A DNA stretch of 64,000 nucleotides. Origin: Clostridia bacterium. GTDB lineage: Bacteria > Bacillota > Clostridia > UBA1212 > DUPL01. The DNA lies in assembly GCA_050951325.1 (NCBI GenBank), contig JBMNIW010000011.1:1-64000 (forward strand). Direction: 5' to 3'. Below are positions 50,661 through 60,707 of this stretch, in pieces (positions within the stretch are counted from its first letter, which is position 1; each line of letters begins with the position of its first letter). Both the position numbers and the translations under genes were made by a program. Below the pieces are notes generated by a model. That model ran no database searches. It had not been told where the DNA came from and worked only from the letters and a program-made list of their open reading frames with translations.

Positions 50661-51394
50661 TTAGAGATCAAGAAATTTCTGCTGACTTTTTACTTTTAGG
50701 AATTGCCTTACTAAGATGACTGCTACAAGCGCAATAAACAATAAAATTGCTATAAAAGTTACGATTGCTTTGGTCAGTTGACCTGAGTTGACATCATACA
50801 ATATCGTTATATTTCCGCTTGAATCAGTTTTTAGCAGTTGTGAGTATGATGATGCAAAAAAGTTCAGGAATCCCATTTGATTTCTAATAGAATAGGAGTT
50901 TTCACCAATATATACATGGTCTTTTTTAGCTATGTCGTTCCACAGAGAATTATTTTCTATGCTACTATCCTCAGCTCGAACCATATCAATTAATTGTCCA
51001 GCTGAAGTTAATTCAACAATTATTGAACTCCTTACTAATAGCAATAAAATATTATCATCATTCCATTGTATAAAAAATGAGCCATAATTTGAAAACTCAA
51101 ATACATTCATTAACTCTCCATTTTTATTTAATACTACAATTCTATTATCTTTAAGACCTAAAAGAATATTTTCGCTCTCAGAAACATTAAAACTTACGTT
51201 GGCGATTCAATTTTATTCAAAGAAATGGAATCAGAAAGTGATTTAATATTTATATTCTCCCATATTTCACTCTTCTCTTTGTCCGATAAGGTCGTTGTTT
51301 CAAATCCTTATGTTGTTATAGCGTACACAGTCAATCCTTCAGAAAGTAGAATCAAAAACATAATACATATAGTCATAATAAATTTTTTATACAT
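50661..51394 (-). pseudogene. Disrupted membrane protein, putative immunity gene
   Basis: Signal-like start MYKKFIMTICIMFL directly after a toxin-tip stop; internal stop and frameshift; C-terminal TM. Confidence 0.5.
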
Positions 51395-51404
51395 ATTTTT
51401 GCAC

Positions 51405-51812
51405 CTACCATTCCATTATTCTAATATATATATTTCTCATAACATCAAAAACATTTAATTGAGTCTGGTTCAATGTCGCAGTTTCTCCCCATTCGACATG
51501 AAATTCACTACCACGGGTTCCAAAACCAACATTAGATGTTGCACCAAAATATGTTTTATTTAATGTTGAATCTGGAATAAAGTTAAAATCACCTCAGGAA
51601 GCAATAGGAACTCCATATACTGGAGCAGCAATAGAGCCGCCTATTCCTTGTATTGCGACATTTCCTTTTGTATCGATTGATATTCCTCCTTGCAAATTAA
51701 AAATAACAGCATTTGAAGAACCACTTACGTTAATCCCTTGTGAATAAGTCGCATCTACTTTGGGCAAAGCTTTCTGATCTTTTTTACCACTGGTTTTACA
51801 TCTAAACAACAA
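51405..51812 (-). pseudogene. Orphan RHS-type C-terminal toxin tip (degenerate)
   Basis: Gly-rich GGISIDTKGNVAIQG..EFHVEWGET..IMEW with an internal stop; RHS context. Confidence 0.5.
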
Positions 51813-51815
51813 TAC

Positions 51816-52040
51816 TTATTCACTTAACTTATATTTTTTTACAACTGTTCTAAACATTGATTTTCCACAATACTCACACACTTGTGTAGAACCATCTACT
51901 ATAAATTGCATATTTCCACATTCCTTCGAGCACACTGCAAATGAAATATATATTTCATTTGGAAAATCTACTGATTTATCATCAATTTCTATATATTCAT
52001 TAATAGGGTATCCTTCGAGTTTAAACTTATCTTTATTCAT
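51816..52040 (-). CDS. Small Cys-containing hypothetical protein, putative immunity protein
   Basis: GGAGG RBS, CSKEC and CEYC; lies downstream of an RHS tip. Confidence 0.55.
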   Translation of the reverse strand: MNKDKFKLEGYPINEYIEIDDKSVDFPNEIYISFAVCSKECGNMQFIVDGSTQVCEYCGKSMFRTVVKKYKLSE

Positions 52041-52274
52041 GTTTTCCTCCATAAATAATAATTGATTATTGTTTTCCATCTCATACTTGGTTATTTTATA
52101 ACAACATTAGATATATAAGCACAGCAAATAGTATAAGAATTCAACAAACTAAACTCATATATGCATCTTATAGATAATCCCCATTTCATTGCAACATAGC
52201 AGGACTTCCGGTTGTTACTAACACTACAATACCAAATATTAATGTAATTATAGTTACAATAGTTGCACCAATAT

Positions 52275-52760
52275 CTACATCAACAGATGAATAACTCCCC
52301 AGAGAATTTCCATATCGATCCCAACGTTTATCGCTATTTTGTCATTCCAATGTCCATCTTGAGCTCCATCACCTCTATCAACACCGGCTCCATGTGAGCA
52401 ATCATCCCATGTAAGCTTCCCGCCATTCTTACCATTCCAATACTCTTCAGGGTTACATTTGGGTTTCTTACCTCCCAAAGAATAAGGTAATTCTGGCCAT
52501 TTTGAGGGAGGTGTGGCTGGATGTTTTCCAATGATAAATTATTTGCTTCCCAATAATAGTATCCATATGGGTCAACACTAATAACTGGATTATTACCACA
52601 ATAGGCAAACATATTGCTCCCAATAAATCCTTGCCCAGTAGAAACATATGCATCCGCATTAGTCCCGTCTCATTTTCATAGTAGTAACCCTTGTACCTTA
52701 TTGGATTAATGTATCCTATATGTGATGTGTTGTTCGTTACATCATCCCCATTCTTTATGC
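52275..52760 (-). pseudogene. RHS repeat-associated core remnant with C-terminal toxin tip
   Basis: INPIRYKGYYYENETGL ... NMFAYCGNNPVISVDPYG (PxxxxDPxG cleavage motif); internal deletion and frameshifts. Confidence 0.85.
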
Positions 52761-52899
52761 TAAAAGCTTTCTACAGACATCGTAATGGTATTATCCCACC
52801 TCGTTGAAGTTTTTGTCAAGTATGGCAGATATATCAATACTGCGTCCAACCTAATCACTTTATACAAAAATATGGTATAATTATAGGAAATATAACAAT

Positions 52900-54306
52900 A
52901 TGGAGCATATAATGGATTGTTTCAGAAACTTGGAATGGAAAAAAGATATTTTTGGATATATAAGACCTTTCCTTACAAAGGAAATAGCATTAAGGTCCAT
53001 TGAATTTGCCGATCTTAACTATCACGGAGAACTAAAGCACTGGATAAAGAGCGATAACACCGACTATACCCTTATACGCGACGGAGTTATTACAAAGGAT
53101 TCAAAAAGATGGTCAAGGCAGCCAAGACCGCTTGAACACCTCGTACGCACCATAAGGGAGGTGTATGTCACCAACTCCAGCAAGGTGTTGGTGCTGGGCA
53201 GCAAAGTTGATGAAAACAAATATGTTATAGGCATAAGTTTTTCAGGAACAGTATACAACTCAGAGTGGCTGAATAATTTCAAGGTCAATATAGTTAACGG
53301 GTTTCATCAAGGTTTTCTTGAGATTGCCCACAGATTTGACTTGCTTTCCGATAAAATCGAATTCCCCAATATTTCAAAAGAATTGGGAGAAGAAACAGTA
53401 TTAACTTTGGAAAACATTCTTCAGGAATGTACAAGCCCTGATTCAAGATTTTTGTTGTGGGTGACAGGACACAGCCAAGGCGGCGCTGTTGCCGGCTGCT
53501 ATATTGTCGACTGTCTATCAAACAGAAATGTTTTACATGATAACATTATAGGAGTAACCATGGCCACTCCGACCATTGCCCATGCCAGGATAGGAAGAAG
53601 CACAACAAACTACCCAATATACAATATTATTAACGAAGAAGATATTGTAACCAGACTGGGAAGTCAGATAAGGTTTGGCGTAGACATCTGCTACAAACCC
53701 ACCGAGGAATTCAGAAGAAGGTTCTATACAAACTATCCGAATCCCCTTTACCATAACGACATGGTCAATGCAAGAGATTTTCTTAAGGAAATAAAAAATA
53801 CGCCTGATGCAATAGAGCTTGCTCATGCGATACAAAAACTTCTGTCCGAGTACAGACCTGCAAAAAACGGAGACAATGAAAAAAGGCTCCAGCATAAAAC
53901 TTTGAAACGCTTGATGACCTGGCTCATATTCAATCTGTTTTCAACACAGGTAGTTGCAAGTGAAGCCTACAAGGAAATGACCGGCCGCGATATTGATGAA
54001 AGCAGAATCAACTACTGGTATAAAAGAATCGTTGATTTGTACGATGGCAACAAACTGGCCGGCCTTAGTGAATTTGTGACACAAGCACACATGCTGAACT
54101 TCGAACAATTTCACACAACTGGTCCGGAACACTGCTATAGAGGAATCGTATTATACGCCTGGGATCGGACTTGTGTGCGCTGCTTTAAAACGGATGATGC
54201 AGGATACAGGTATGTGGAAGTTGCTTCTCTGTGGCCAAAATCAGAAAAAGGAATTGTCGGATTCCTGGGTAGACTGTTCAGCAAGAGAAAGAAGAAAAAG
54301 AAATAG
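52900..54306 (+). CDS. Lipase class 3 family protein
   Basis: ISFSGT..EWLNN, HQGF, VTGHSQGGAVA, NEEDIV. Confidence 0.85.
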   Translation: MEHIMDCFRNLEWKKDIFGYIRPFLTKEIALRSIEFADLNYHGELKHWIKSDNTDYTLIRDGVITKDSKRWSRQPRPLEHLVRTIREVYVTNSSKVLVLGSKVDENKYVIGISFSGTVYNSEWLNNFKVNIVNGFHQGFLEIAHRFDLLSDKIEFPNISKELGEETVLTLENILQECTSPDSRFLLWVTGHSQGGAVAGCYIVDCLSNRNVLHDNIIGVTMATPTIAHARIGRSTTNYPIYNIINEEDIVTRLGSQIRFGVDICYKPTEEFRRRFYTNYPNPLYHNDMVNARDFLKEIKNTPDAIELAHAIQKLLSEYRPAKNGDNEKRLQHKTLKRLMTWLIFNLFSTQVVASEAYKEMTGRDIDESRINYWYKRIVDLYDGNKLAGLSEFVTQAHMLNFEQFHTTGPEHCYRGIVLYAWDRTCVRCFKTDDAGYRYVEVASLWPKSEKGIVGFLGRLFSKRKKKKK

Positions 54307-54564
54307 CTATATATTGCTCTCCTGTTCGTACTTTTTTTTGGTAGCCAGGCCACCCCTGATATGTCTTTCGGCCTTGTTGATATCCAACACTTTTCTCACC
54401 TCGTCTGCCAGGGCAGGATTCAATTCCGGTAGTCTTTGAACACAATCCTTATGAACAGTACTTTTCGAAACATCAAACTTCCTGGCAGCTGCCCGAACTG
54501 TACACTTTGTCGACAGTATGTACTCCGCTATCTCATAGACTCTTTCTTCTATATAATCTTTCAA
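54307..54564 (-). CDS. spoIIID: Stage III sporulation protein D
   Basis: MKDYIEERV..TVRAAA..VSKSTVHKD..ERHIRGG.ATK.KY. Confidence 0.97.
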   Translation of the reverse strand: MKDYIEERVYEIAEYILSTKCTVRAAARKFDVSKSTVHKDCVQRLPELNPALADEVRKVLDINKAERHIRGGLATKKKYEQESNI

Positions 54565-54600
54565 TGATAAGCCCCCTTTGAGCTGTGCCTGCTTTTGTCT

Positions 54601-54632
54601 AATATATATGAGCAGGATTGTTTTAATATTCC
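54601..54632 (-). promoter_or_regulatory. Putative sigma-E promoter of spoIIID
   Basis: GGAATA-N16-CATATATATT. Confidence 0.6.
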
Positions 54633-54664
54633 AATTGAAAAAAACAACTCAAAGGGGAATAGCA

Positions 54665-55324
54665 TTAAAAGATTAAATCAAAACTTTTTGAAAGAATTAG
54701 GTCTTTTAACTCCTTCTCATTAACAGGTAAAAAATCTGTAAAAATACCTCCCCTGCCCGCATGGTGGACCTTGTGGCAGTCGGTTCCGGATATGCCAAGC
54801 AGATTTAACTTCCTGGCATAATCAACCGCCTTGTAATTTCTTGAATCATGCTCCGTATGTAGATTGTATACCTCAATGCCATCCACAAATTCCTTCGGAG
54901 CAAGTTTCATATGGTCACGAAAGGGATGTGCCTGGAAAACAGCCAAATCGTACTCCTTGGCAAGATAATAGAATTCTTGCAGGGATAATTTGCAAAGCTC
55001 CTTTCCATGTCTCAGAAGCCTTAAAACATCTCCATAAACGAGATAATCGTTGTATGATTCATCAAGCCTTACTTCCGCACCCAAGTAAACTTTTATTCTA
55101 TCCTGGGCAGCCAAAAGCGCGTTTTTGTACCCTTTGCAAAACCTTGCCAGAATATCTCCGATATCCTCCAAATCGCTAAACAAGGGACCGGAAAAATGGT
55201 CAGTTATAACTATCCCGTTATAACCCTTCTGGACATACAGCTCTATCATTTCTTGAGCCGTAATTTTCCCACAGGGGCTCACTTCACTGGTATGGCTATG
55301 TAACTCTATCCTGTACTTTCTCAA
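54665..55324 (-). CDS. PHP-domain protein
   Basis: ELHSHT, ITDH, QAHPFR, GTDCH. Confidence 0.9.
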   Translation of the reverse strand: MRKYRIELHSHTSEVSPCGKITAQEMIELYVQKGYNGIVITDHFSGPLFSDLEDIGDILARFCKGYKNALLAAQDRIKVYLGAEVRLDESYNDYLVYGDVLRLLRHGKELCKLSLQEFYYLAKEYDLAVFQAHPFRDHMKLAPKEFVDGIEVYNLHTEHDSRNYKAVDYARKLNLLGISGTDCHKVHHAGRGGIFTDFLPVNEKELKDLILSKSFDLIF

Positions 55325-55432
55325 ACACCTTCATCTCCCAGTTAAATATTGCTTTTTAATTGTAGCAAATACATGTTGATAATTGCTATATAAAGTGTTA
55401 ATATTGAAAAAAATGAAAAGGATCTGAGGAAC

Positions 55433-57259
55433 ATGAAGAAAGTTTTAAAAGACAGCAATCAGTACATAAAAGACAGTATTGTTGATTATGGTGATTTCAA
55501 ACTGTTTCTCGACCTGGATAACGGTTTTTCAAAAAACAATCTTATTCCGCCAAAACAAGGCAGTGAGCATATTATAAAAAAAGCGGAAGAGTATTTGAAT
55601 CACCCTTATCCACAACAGACAGCCTCCATGTACATGGAATTCAAAAAAAACGGAAACAGAACAAACTATGAAAAACCGTATTTCAAAAGACGCGACATGC
55701 TCTTTTACTTTCTCCTTGCCGAATGCATTGAAAGAAAGGGACGTTTCACAGACAATCTGATTGATTTATTATGGATGATACTTGAGGAAAGCACCTGGGT
55801 GTTGCCTGCCCACAACGGTCACATGCCCCACTCAAGTTATATATGCCCTCTTCCCTACTGTTTCAAAGATGAAGTCGACTATATCGACCTTTTTGCGGCG
55901 GAAACCGGTGCTCTTCTTGCATGGGTATACTACCTGGCAGAAGAAATCCTAAATTCAATAACCCCCGTTATAGCAAGCAGGCTGCTATATGAGCTGGACA
56001 GAAGGATAATAAATCCGTTCCTTATCAACGACGATATGTGGTGGACTTCACTAAAAGGAAATGCTGTGAACAACTGGAACCCCTGGATAGTATCCAATGC
56101 TCTTGTTGTCTGTGCACTTTGTGTAAAAGATACAAATAAAAGGGGAGTTTTTGTAGAGAGAGCCTGCAGAATGCTGGACGGCTTTACTAAACACTATCCG
56201 GACGATGGTGGATGCGACGAAGGCCCCTCCTACTGGAATGTTGCAGGTGCTTCATATTTTGACTGCCTTGAACTGATTTACGATATGACAGGCGGCAGAA
56301 TAGATGTGTTTTCAAATCCATTTGTAAGGAGAATTATGGAATACATAATGCACATGCATGTCGTTGACAACTTCTATCTTAACTTTGCAGACAGTCCCGC
56401 AAAAATTACAGTGGACTTTTCTGCAGTTGCCCGAATGGGAAGAAGAACAAAATCAAATGACCTTGAAGCTTTTGGACTTGCACAATATAATCTCACAAAA
56501 CCCTGCATAATATCGCAAAGAACATACAGGTCAATAAAATCCCTTTATGATGTGCCGCAAAAACAAGGCGCAGAATACACGGCAAAAGATGCCGCACTCC
56601 CCCAGCTTGGAGTTATGGTTCTGAGAAGTGACAAATCCCTTTTGGGAATAAAGGGAGGACACAATGCAGAAGGCCACAACCATAATGATGTTGGCAACTT
56701 CATTGTCTTTGCAAATTCAAATCCCCTCATTATAGATGTAGGTGTAGGCACCTACACAAAAGAAACCTTCAGCTCCCAAAGATACAGTATCTGGACAATG
56801 CGTTCGGAATACCACAACCTTCCCAACATTGCAGGACACGAGCAAATTGCAGGTTTTGCAAAAAGAGCCACCAATTGCGTATTTGATTTGCATAACAGAA
56901 CCTTCAGAGCAGAGCTTAAAGAAACCTACGGTTTTGAGAAACTTGTTTCCTACACAAGGGAAGCCAGAATGTATGAGGATGGCTGTATTGAAATTATTGA
57001 GGACATAAAAATGGAGGAAAAATCGGATGTGAATTTCCACCTGATGACAATTGATAGACCAAAGATAGGTGAAAACTGTCTAATCTTTGAGAACGGAAAG
57101 GTAGAGTTTGACAAATCTCTTGAAGTTTTTGTAGAGCAAATAGAGATGAATGACGAAAAACTTTCAGGCGTGTGGAAAACAAACAGCGTATTCAGAATAC
57201 ATTTGAAAGCAAAGGATATCAAAGAAGGAATATATCACTTCAATATATTCCCTCAATAG
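55433..57259 (+). CDS. Heparinase II/III-like protein
   Basis: WVLPAH, DLFAAETG, NNWNPW, DGGCDEGPSYW, HNHNDVGNF. Confidence 0.88.
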   Translation: MKKVLKDSNQYIKDSIVDYGDFKLFLDLDNGFSKNNLIPPKQGSEHIIKKAEEYLNHPYPQQTASMYMEFKKNGNRTNYEKPYFKRRDMLFYFLLAECIERKGRFTDNLIDLLWMILEESTWVLPAHNGHMPHSSYICPLPYCFKDEVDYIDLFAAETGALLAWVYYLAEEILNSITPVIASRLLYELDRRIINPFLINDDMWWTSLKGNAVNNWNPWIVSNALVVCALCVKDTNKRGVFVERACRMLDGFTKHYPDDGGCDEGPSYWNVAGASYFDCLELIYDMTGGRIDVFSNPFVRRIMEYIMHMHVVDNFYLNFADSPAKITVDFSAVARMGRRTKSNDLEAFGLAQYNLTKPCIISQRTYRSIKSLYDVPQKQGAEYTAKDAALPQLGVMVLRSDKSLLGIKGGHNAEGHNHNDVGNFIVFANSNPLIIDVGVGTYTKETFSSQRYSIWTMRSEYHNLPNIAGHEQIAGFAKRATNCVFDLHNRTFRAELKETYGFEKLVSYTREARMYEDGCIEIIEDIKMEEKSDVNFHLMTIDRPKIGENCLIFENGKVEFDKSLEVFVEQIEMNDEKLSGVWKTNSVFRIHLKAKDIKEGIYHFNIFPQ

Positions 57260-57674
57260 TAGTAGAGACTCCTTCGTATGACTTGAAAAGCTCATAAACT
57301 TCTTCGTTCTCCTTCTTTATGGAGATAATTTTATTATCCTTCAGAAAACAATGGCGGCTTTCGCCTGTTGCCCGTATTTCTCTGCTTTTCAAGTCATATA
57401 CCTCGTAACCAAAGCAAAACTTTACACCACTGACCATTTTCAGGCATGTCACTATGAAAACCGTATCACCAAATCTTGCAGGTGATTTATATTCACAGTT
57501 TAAAGACACAACAGGTGATATGATTCCTTTTTTCTCAACGGCATCATAACTCATTCCCATCTTATCCAAATAGTCAATTCTTGCCTCTTCAAACCACCTT
57601 ATATAATTCGAGTGATGAACCACTCCCATTTGGTCCGTCTCATAATACTGCACTTTATGAACATATGCTTCCAT
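57240..57674 (-). CDS. YbgC/FadM-type acyl-CoA thioesterase
   Basis: YYETDQMGVVHHSNYIRWFEEAR. Confidence 0.93.
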   Translation of the reverse strand: MEAYVHKVQYYETDQMGVVHHSNYIRWFEEARIDYLDKMGMSYDAVEKKGIISPVVSLNCEYKSPARFGDTVFIVTCLKMVSGVKFCFGYEVYDLKSREIRATGESRHCFLKDNKIISIKKENEEVYELFKSYEGVSTTIEGIY

Positions 57675-57697
57675 TGCTCCTACTACAATCCTCCAAT

Positions 57698-58429
57698 TTA
57701 TCTCTTGAAAATATCATTAATCAGCAGAATTGGGATATTTCTCTTGCCTGTTATGTTCTCGGAATTAAAGTAAACCTTCCTATTATGCAAGTCTGCTGCA
57801 CAAACCGCAATCTGCGCAACAATGTCCTTTGATTCATTGTAATTGAAATAATCCCTAACCTGCTTGTATTTGTCAACCTTGCGTTTGTTTACCCCATCCA
57901 GTACAACACAGCATATGCCGGTTATGGCCTTGATAGCCATGTCATTATCAAGATAATACCTTGTCAATGTATTCTCCAAACTTCTGACCTTTTTTAAATT
58001 AAATTCTTCCTCTTTAACACAAAAAGCAGCCTTTATGTATAAACCATCCTTCAAAGGCTCTTCAAGAACAAAAACATCAAACAAATCAGGAAGACTTACC
58101 ACATGGTATCCAAGATCCTTCAACGACTTCCCAAAGCCTTCAGACAAATTGTCAAAAGGCAGTTCTATTTCATTTTCCTCCTTGTACTTCCACATCACTT
58201 TTTTGTACCCGTACGTTTTGGAAAGCACAAAGTGCAAAACAAAAGAAAGAATGCAAACCAAACCCCCTATGACCAACACAACAAAGTTGTTGATATTGGT
58301 GACAATAATACCTGTTTCAAAAAGAATATACATTAAAATACTTATGGGAATTGATAAAATTCCAATCGCAATCAAAGAGTTGACAAAATTATAATAAAAC
58401 TTGTCCTTCACAAATAAACCTTCCTTCAA
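57698..58429 (-). CDS. Hypothetical membrane protein
   Basis: 243-aa ORF with two N-terminal TMs, in an operon-like arrangement. Confidence 0.7.
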   Translation of the reverse strand: MKEGLFVKDKFYYNFVNSLIAIGILSIPISILMYILFETGIIVTNINNFVVLVIGGLVCILSFVLHFVLSKTYGYKKVMWKYKEENEIELPFDNLSEGFGKSLKDLGYHVVSLPDLFDVFVLEEPLKDGLYIKAAFCVKEEEFNLKKVRSLENTLTRYYLDNDMAIKAITGICCVVLDGVNKRKVDKYKQVRDYFNYNESKDIVAQIAVCAADLHNRKVYFNSENITGKRNIPILLINDIFKR

Positions 58430-59556
58430 TTATTAATATACCTTACTTCTTCTTCCTTGCCCGTCTCATTGGAAACCAGCGCCGCTTCAAGAATGCAGTT
58501 AATATTCAGAGAATCCAAAAGCTTTGCCCCCTTTTCAAGCTCTGTGTCGCCTTCATACACACTCTGCAAAAAGATGTACATTGAATGCACATGTCCTCTA
58601 AGCCAGCTGACGGGAGCCTTGGAACTTGGAAACACCCCTCCAGGATACTCGTACTTGCCTATGCAGTCAATTACTGTATACCCAGATTCTCCTCCATAGG
58701 GACTTGTCTTCTTTGAGCCATCAAAGAAATACAGTTTATTCGGTTCCATCAAATTAAACTTGATTGCTCCCTTGTCTCCATGTATCTCTATCTCCAAATC
58801 ATCATTGGTGCCAATGGTAATTCTGCTTACTGTAATAGTTCCAAGGCCTCCATTTTCAAGCCTTGCTATCATGGAAAAATGCTCATCGCAATCCGTTATC
58901 GCCTTGTTCAGTATATGCCCCTTGCCAATAACCGACTTTATCCTGTTTCCTGTAATGTGAGTGATCAGATCCACCACATGGGAACCCAAATCATACAAAG
59001 CGCCGCCACCACTCATCTTCCTGTCTCCCCTCCATCCATAGCTGGACCTGTTCAATCCGGAGGAATGAAGATACCTTCCACTAAAACCCACCACATTACC
59101 TATTCTACCCTCTTCCACCAATTGTTTCGCCCTCATGGTGGCAGGGAAATATCTGTTGTTGAAAACAATACCACAGACATTTTGTGTATCTTTAAGTACG
59201 TTTTGCACCATAATCGCCTCATCCCTTGTGGTGACAGCAGGTTTTTCACAATAAACATGTTTCCCATTCCTTACAGCTTTAATAATCTGCTCTGCATGCA
59301 TGCTGTTGGGAGTGCATATGGATACCACATCTATTTCAGGGTTTAATACAACCTTATCATAATCCGTAACTTCATATTTGAACCCGTACTGCTCTTTAGC
59401 CTTGTTTGCATTCTCTTCAGTTCTCGAGCACACGGTATGCAGACATGCCTCAAACAGCAAGTCACTATAGAAATACCTGAGATTAGAGATTGCATAGCTG
59501 TGGGTTTTACCCATAAATCCGGTACCCACGACAGCCACATTTATTGTCTTCCTCAT
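58426..59556 (-). CDS. Gfo/Idh/MocA oxidoreductase
   Basis: GTGFMG, ICTPN..H, CEKP, GGGALYDLGSH; AAGGAGG RBS before ATG 59556. Confidence 0.93.
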   Translation of the reverse strand: MRKTINVAVVGTGFMGKTHSYAISNLRYFYSDLLFEACLHTVCSRTEENANKAKEQYGFKYEVTDYDKVVLNPEIDVVSICTPNSMHAEQIIKAVRNGKHVYCEKPAVTTRDEAIMVQNVLKDTQNVCGIVFNNRYFPATMRAKQLVEEGRIGNVVGFSGRYLHSSGLNRSSYGWRGDRKMSGGGALYDLGSHVVDLITHITGNRIKSVIGKGHILNKAITDCDEHFSMIARLENGGLGTITVSRITIGTNDDLEIEIHGDKGAIKFNLMEPNKLYFFDGSKKTSPYGGESGYTVIDCIGKYEYPGGVFPSSKAPVSWLRGHVHSMYIFLQSVYEGDTELEKGAKLLDSLNINCILEAALVSNETGKEEEVRYINN

Positions 59557-59672
59557 GGGCAGCCTCCTTTTTTCCCATATTATATCCCAAGGCTGCCCAT
59601 TTGGCAATTCTGTTGAAGTATACGACTCCCATATGATATAATTTTTCATATCATATTAAAGAGTGTGATTCT

Positions 59673-60704
59673 ATGACCAGTTTTAAATTCATACATACAG
59701 CAGACATTCATCTTAAAAACATAAATGATGATGCTTATGATACCTTTGTGAAAATTATCAGCCTGACTAAAAACAAAAACATTGATTTTCTGTTAATAGC
59801 GGGGGATCTGTTTGATTCTGCCAACCCTGATAAACACCTGGTAGACAAGGTTAAGGAACTCTTTGAATTTATAAACAATTGCAGAGTGCTCATTACCCCA
59901 GGAAACCACGACCCCCTTGTATACAATTCTCCTTACCTTGCAGAAGAATGGCCCGAAAATGTATTTATCTTTAAAGAAAAGCTTTCTTTTGTAACATTGG
60001 GAAACATCCGCTTCTATGGAAGAGCCTTTACAAGTCACTTTGAGGAAGATAGCCTGCTTGCCAAGATAAAGCTTGATGGAAGTTACGCAAACATACTAAT
60101 CATGCATGGTGAAGTAACCACCAGTTCCATGTATAACCCAATTCCCAAAAATCTTCTTGATGAAATTGGGTTCGACTACTGTGCTCTGGGACACATCCAC
60201 AAACCCATCGCAAACGCTGCATACACCTTTCCCGGCACTCCTGAAGGAAGAGGCTTTGATGAGATTGGAGAATTGGGGATAGTTGTAGGATACATTGAAA
60301 AAGGAGATGTAAACACTAAATTTTATCCAATAAGCAAAAAAAGATATGTCATAAAGGAACTGGACATAACAAACCTGATTAGTCATGACGCAATACTAAG
60401 TAGAATAAATGAAGAATGTACAAGCTCAAAAGACCATTACCGGATAATCTTGAAAGGCACCGTGAAAACAAGTCCAGACACTAAGGTTTTGGAGTCTGTA
60501 CTGTCTCCATATTACGCTCATATGGAAATTATCGATGAAACAGTTATGAGTATTGACTATGAAAGGCTCAAAAAAGAAAACACATTAAAAGGCATCTTTT
60601 TAAGAAACATGCTGGACAAAATGAGAAATGAACCGGACAACAGGATCCTTGCTGAAAGCTTGATGCTTGGACTGAAGGCTTTCGATGAAGATATTGAGGT
60701 GTAG
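59673..60704 (+). CDS. SbcD/Mre11-like metallophosphoesterase (YhaO-like)
   Basis: ADIHL, AGDLFD, PGNHD, ALGHIH, PGTPEGRGFDE. Confidence 0.92.
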   Translation: MTSFKFIHTADIHLKNINDDAYDTFVKIISLTKNKNIDFLLIAGDLFDSANPDKHLVDKVKELFEFINNCRVLITPGNHDPLVYNSPYLAEEWPENVFIFKEKLSFVTLGNIRFYGRAFTSHFEEDSLLAKIKLDGSYANILIMHGEVTTSSMYNPIPKNLLDEIGFDYCALGHIHKPIANAAYTFPGTPEGRGFDEIGELGIVVGYIEKGDVNTKFYPISKKRYVIKELDITNLISHDAILSRINEECTSSKDHYRIILKGTVKTSPDTKVLESVLSPYYAHMEIIDETVMSIDYERLKKENTLKGIFLRNMLDKMRNEPDNRILAESLMLGLKAFDEDIEV

Positions 60705-60707
60705 AAC

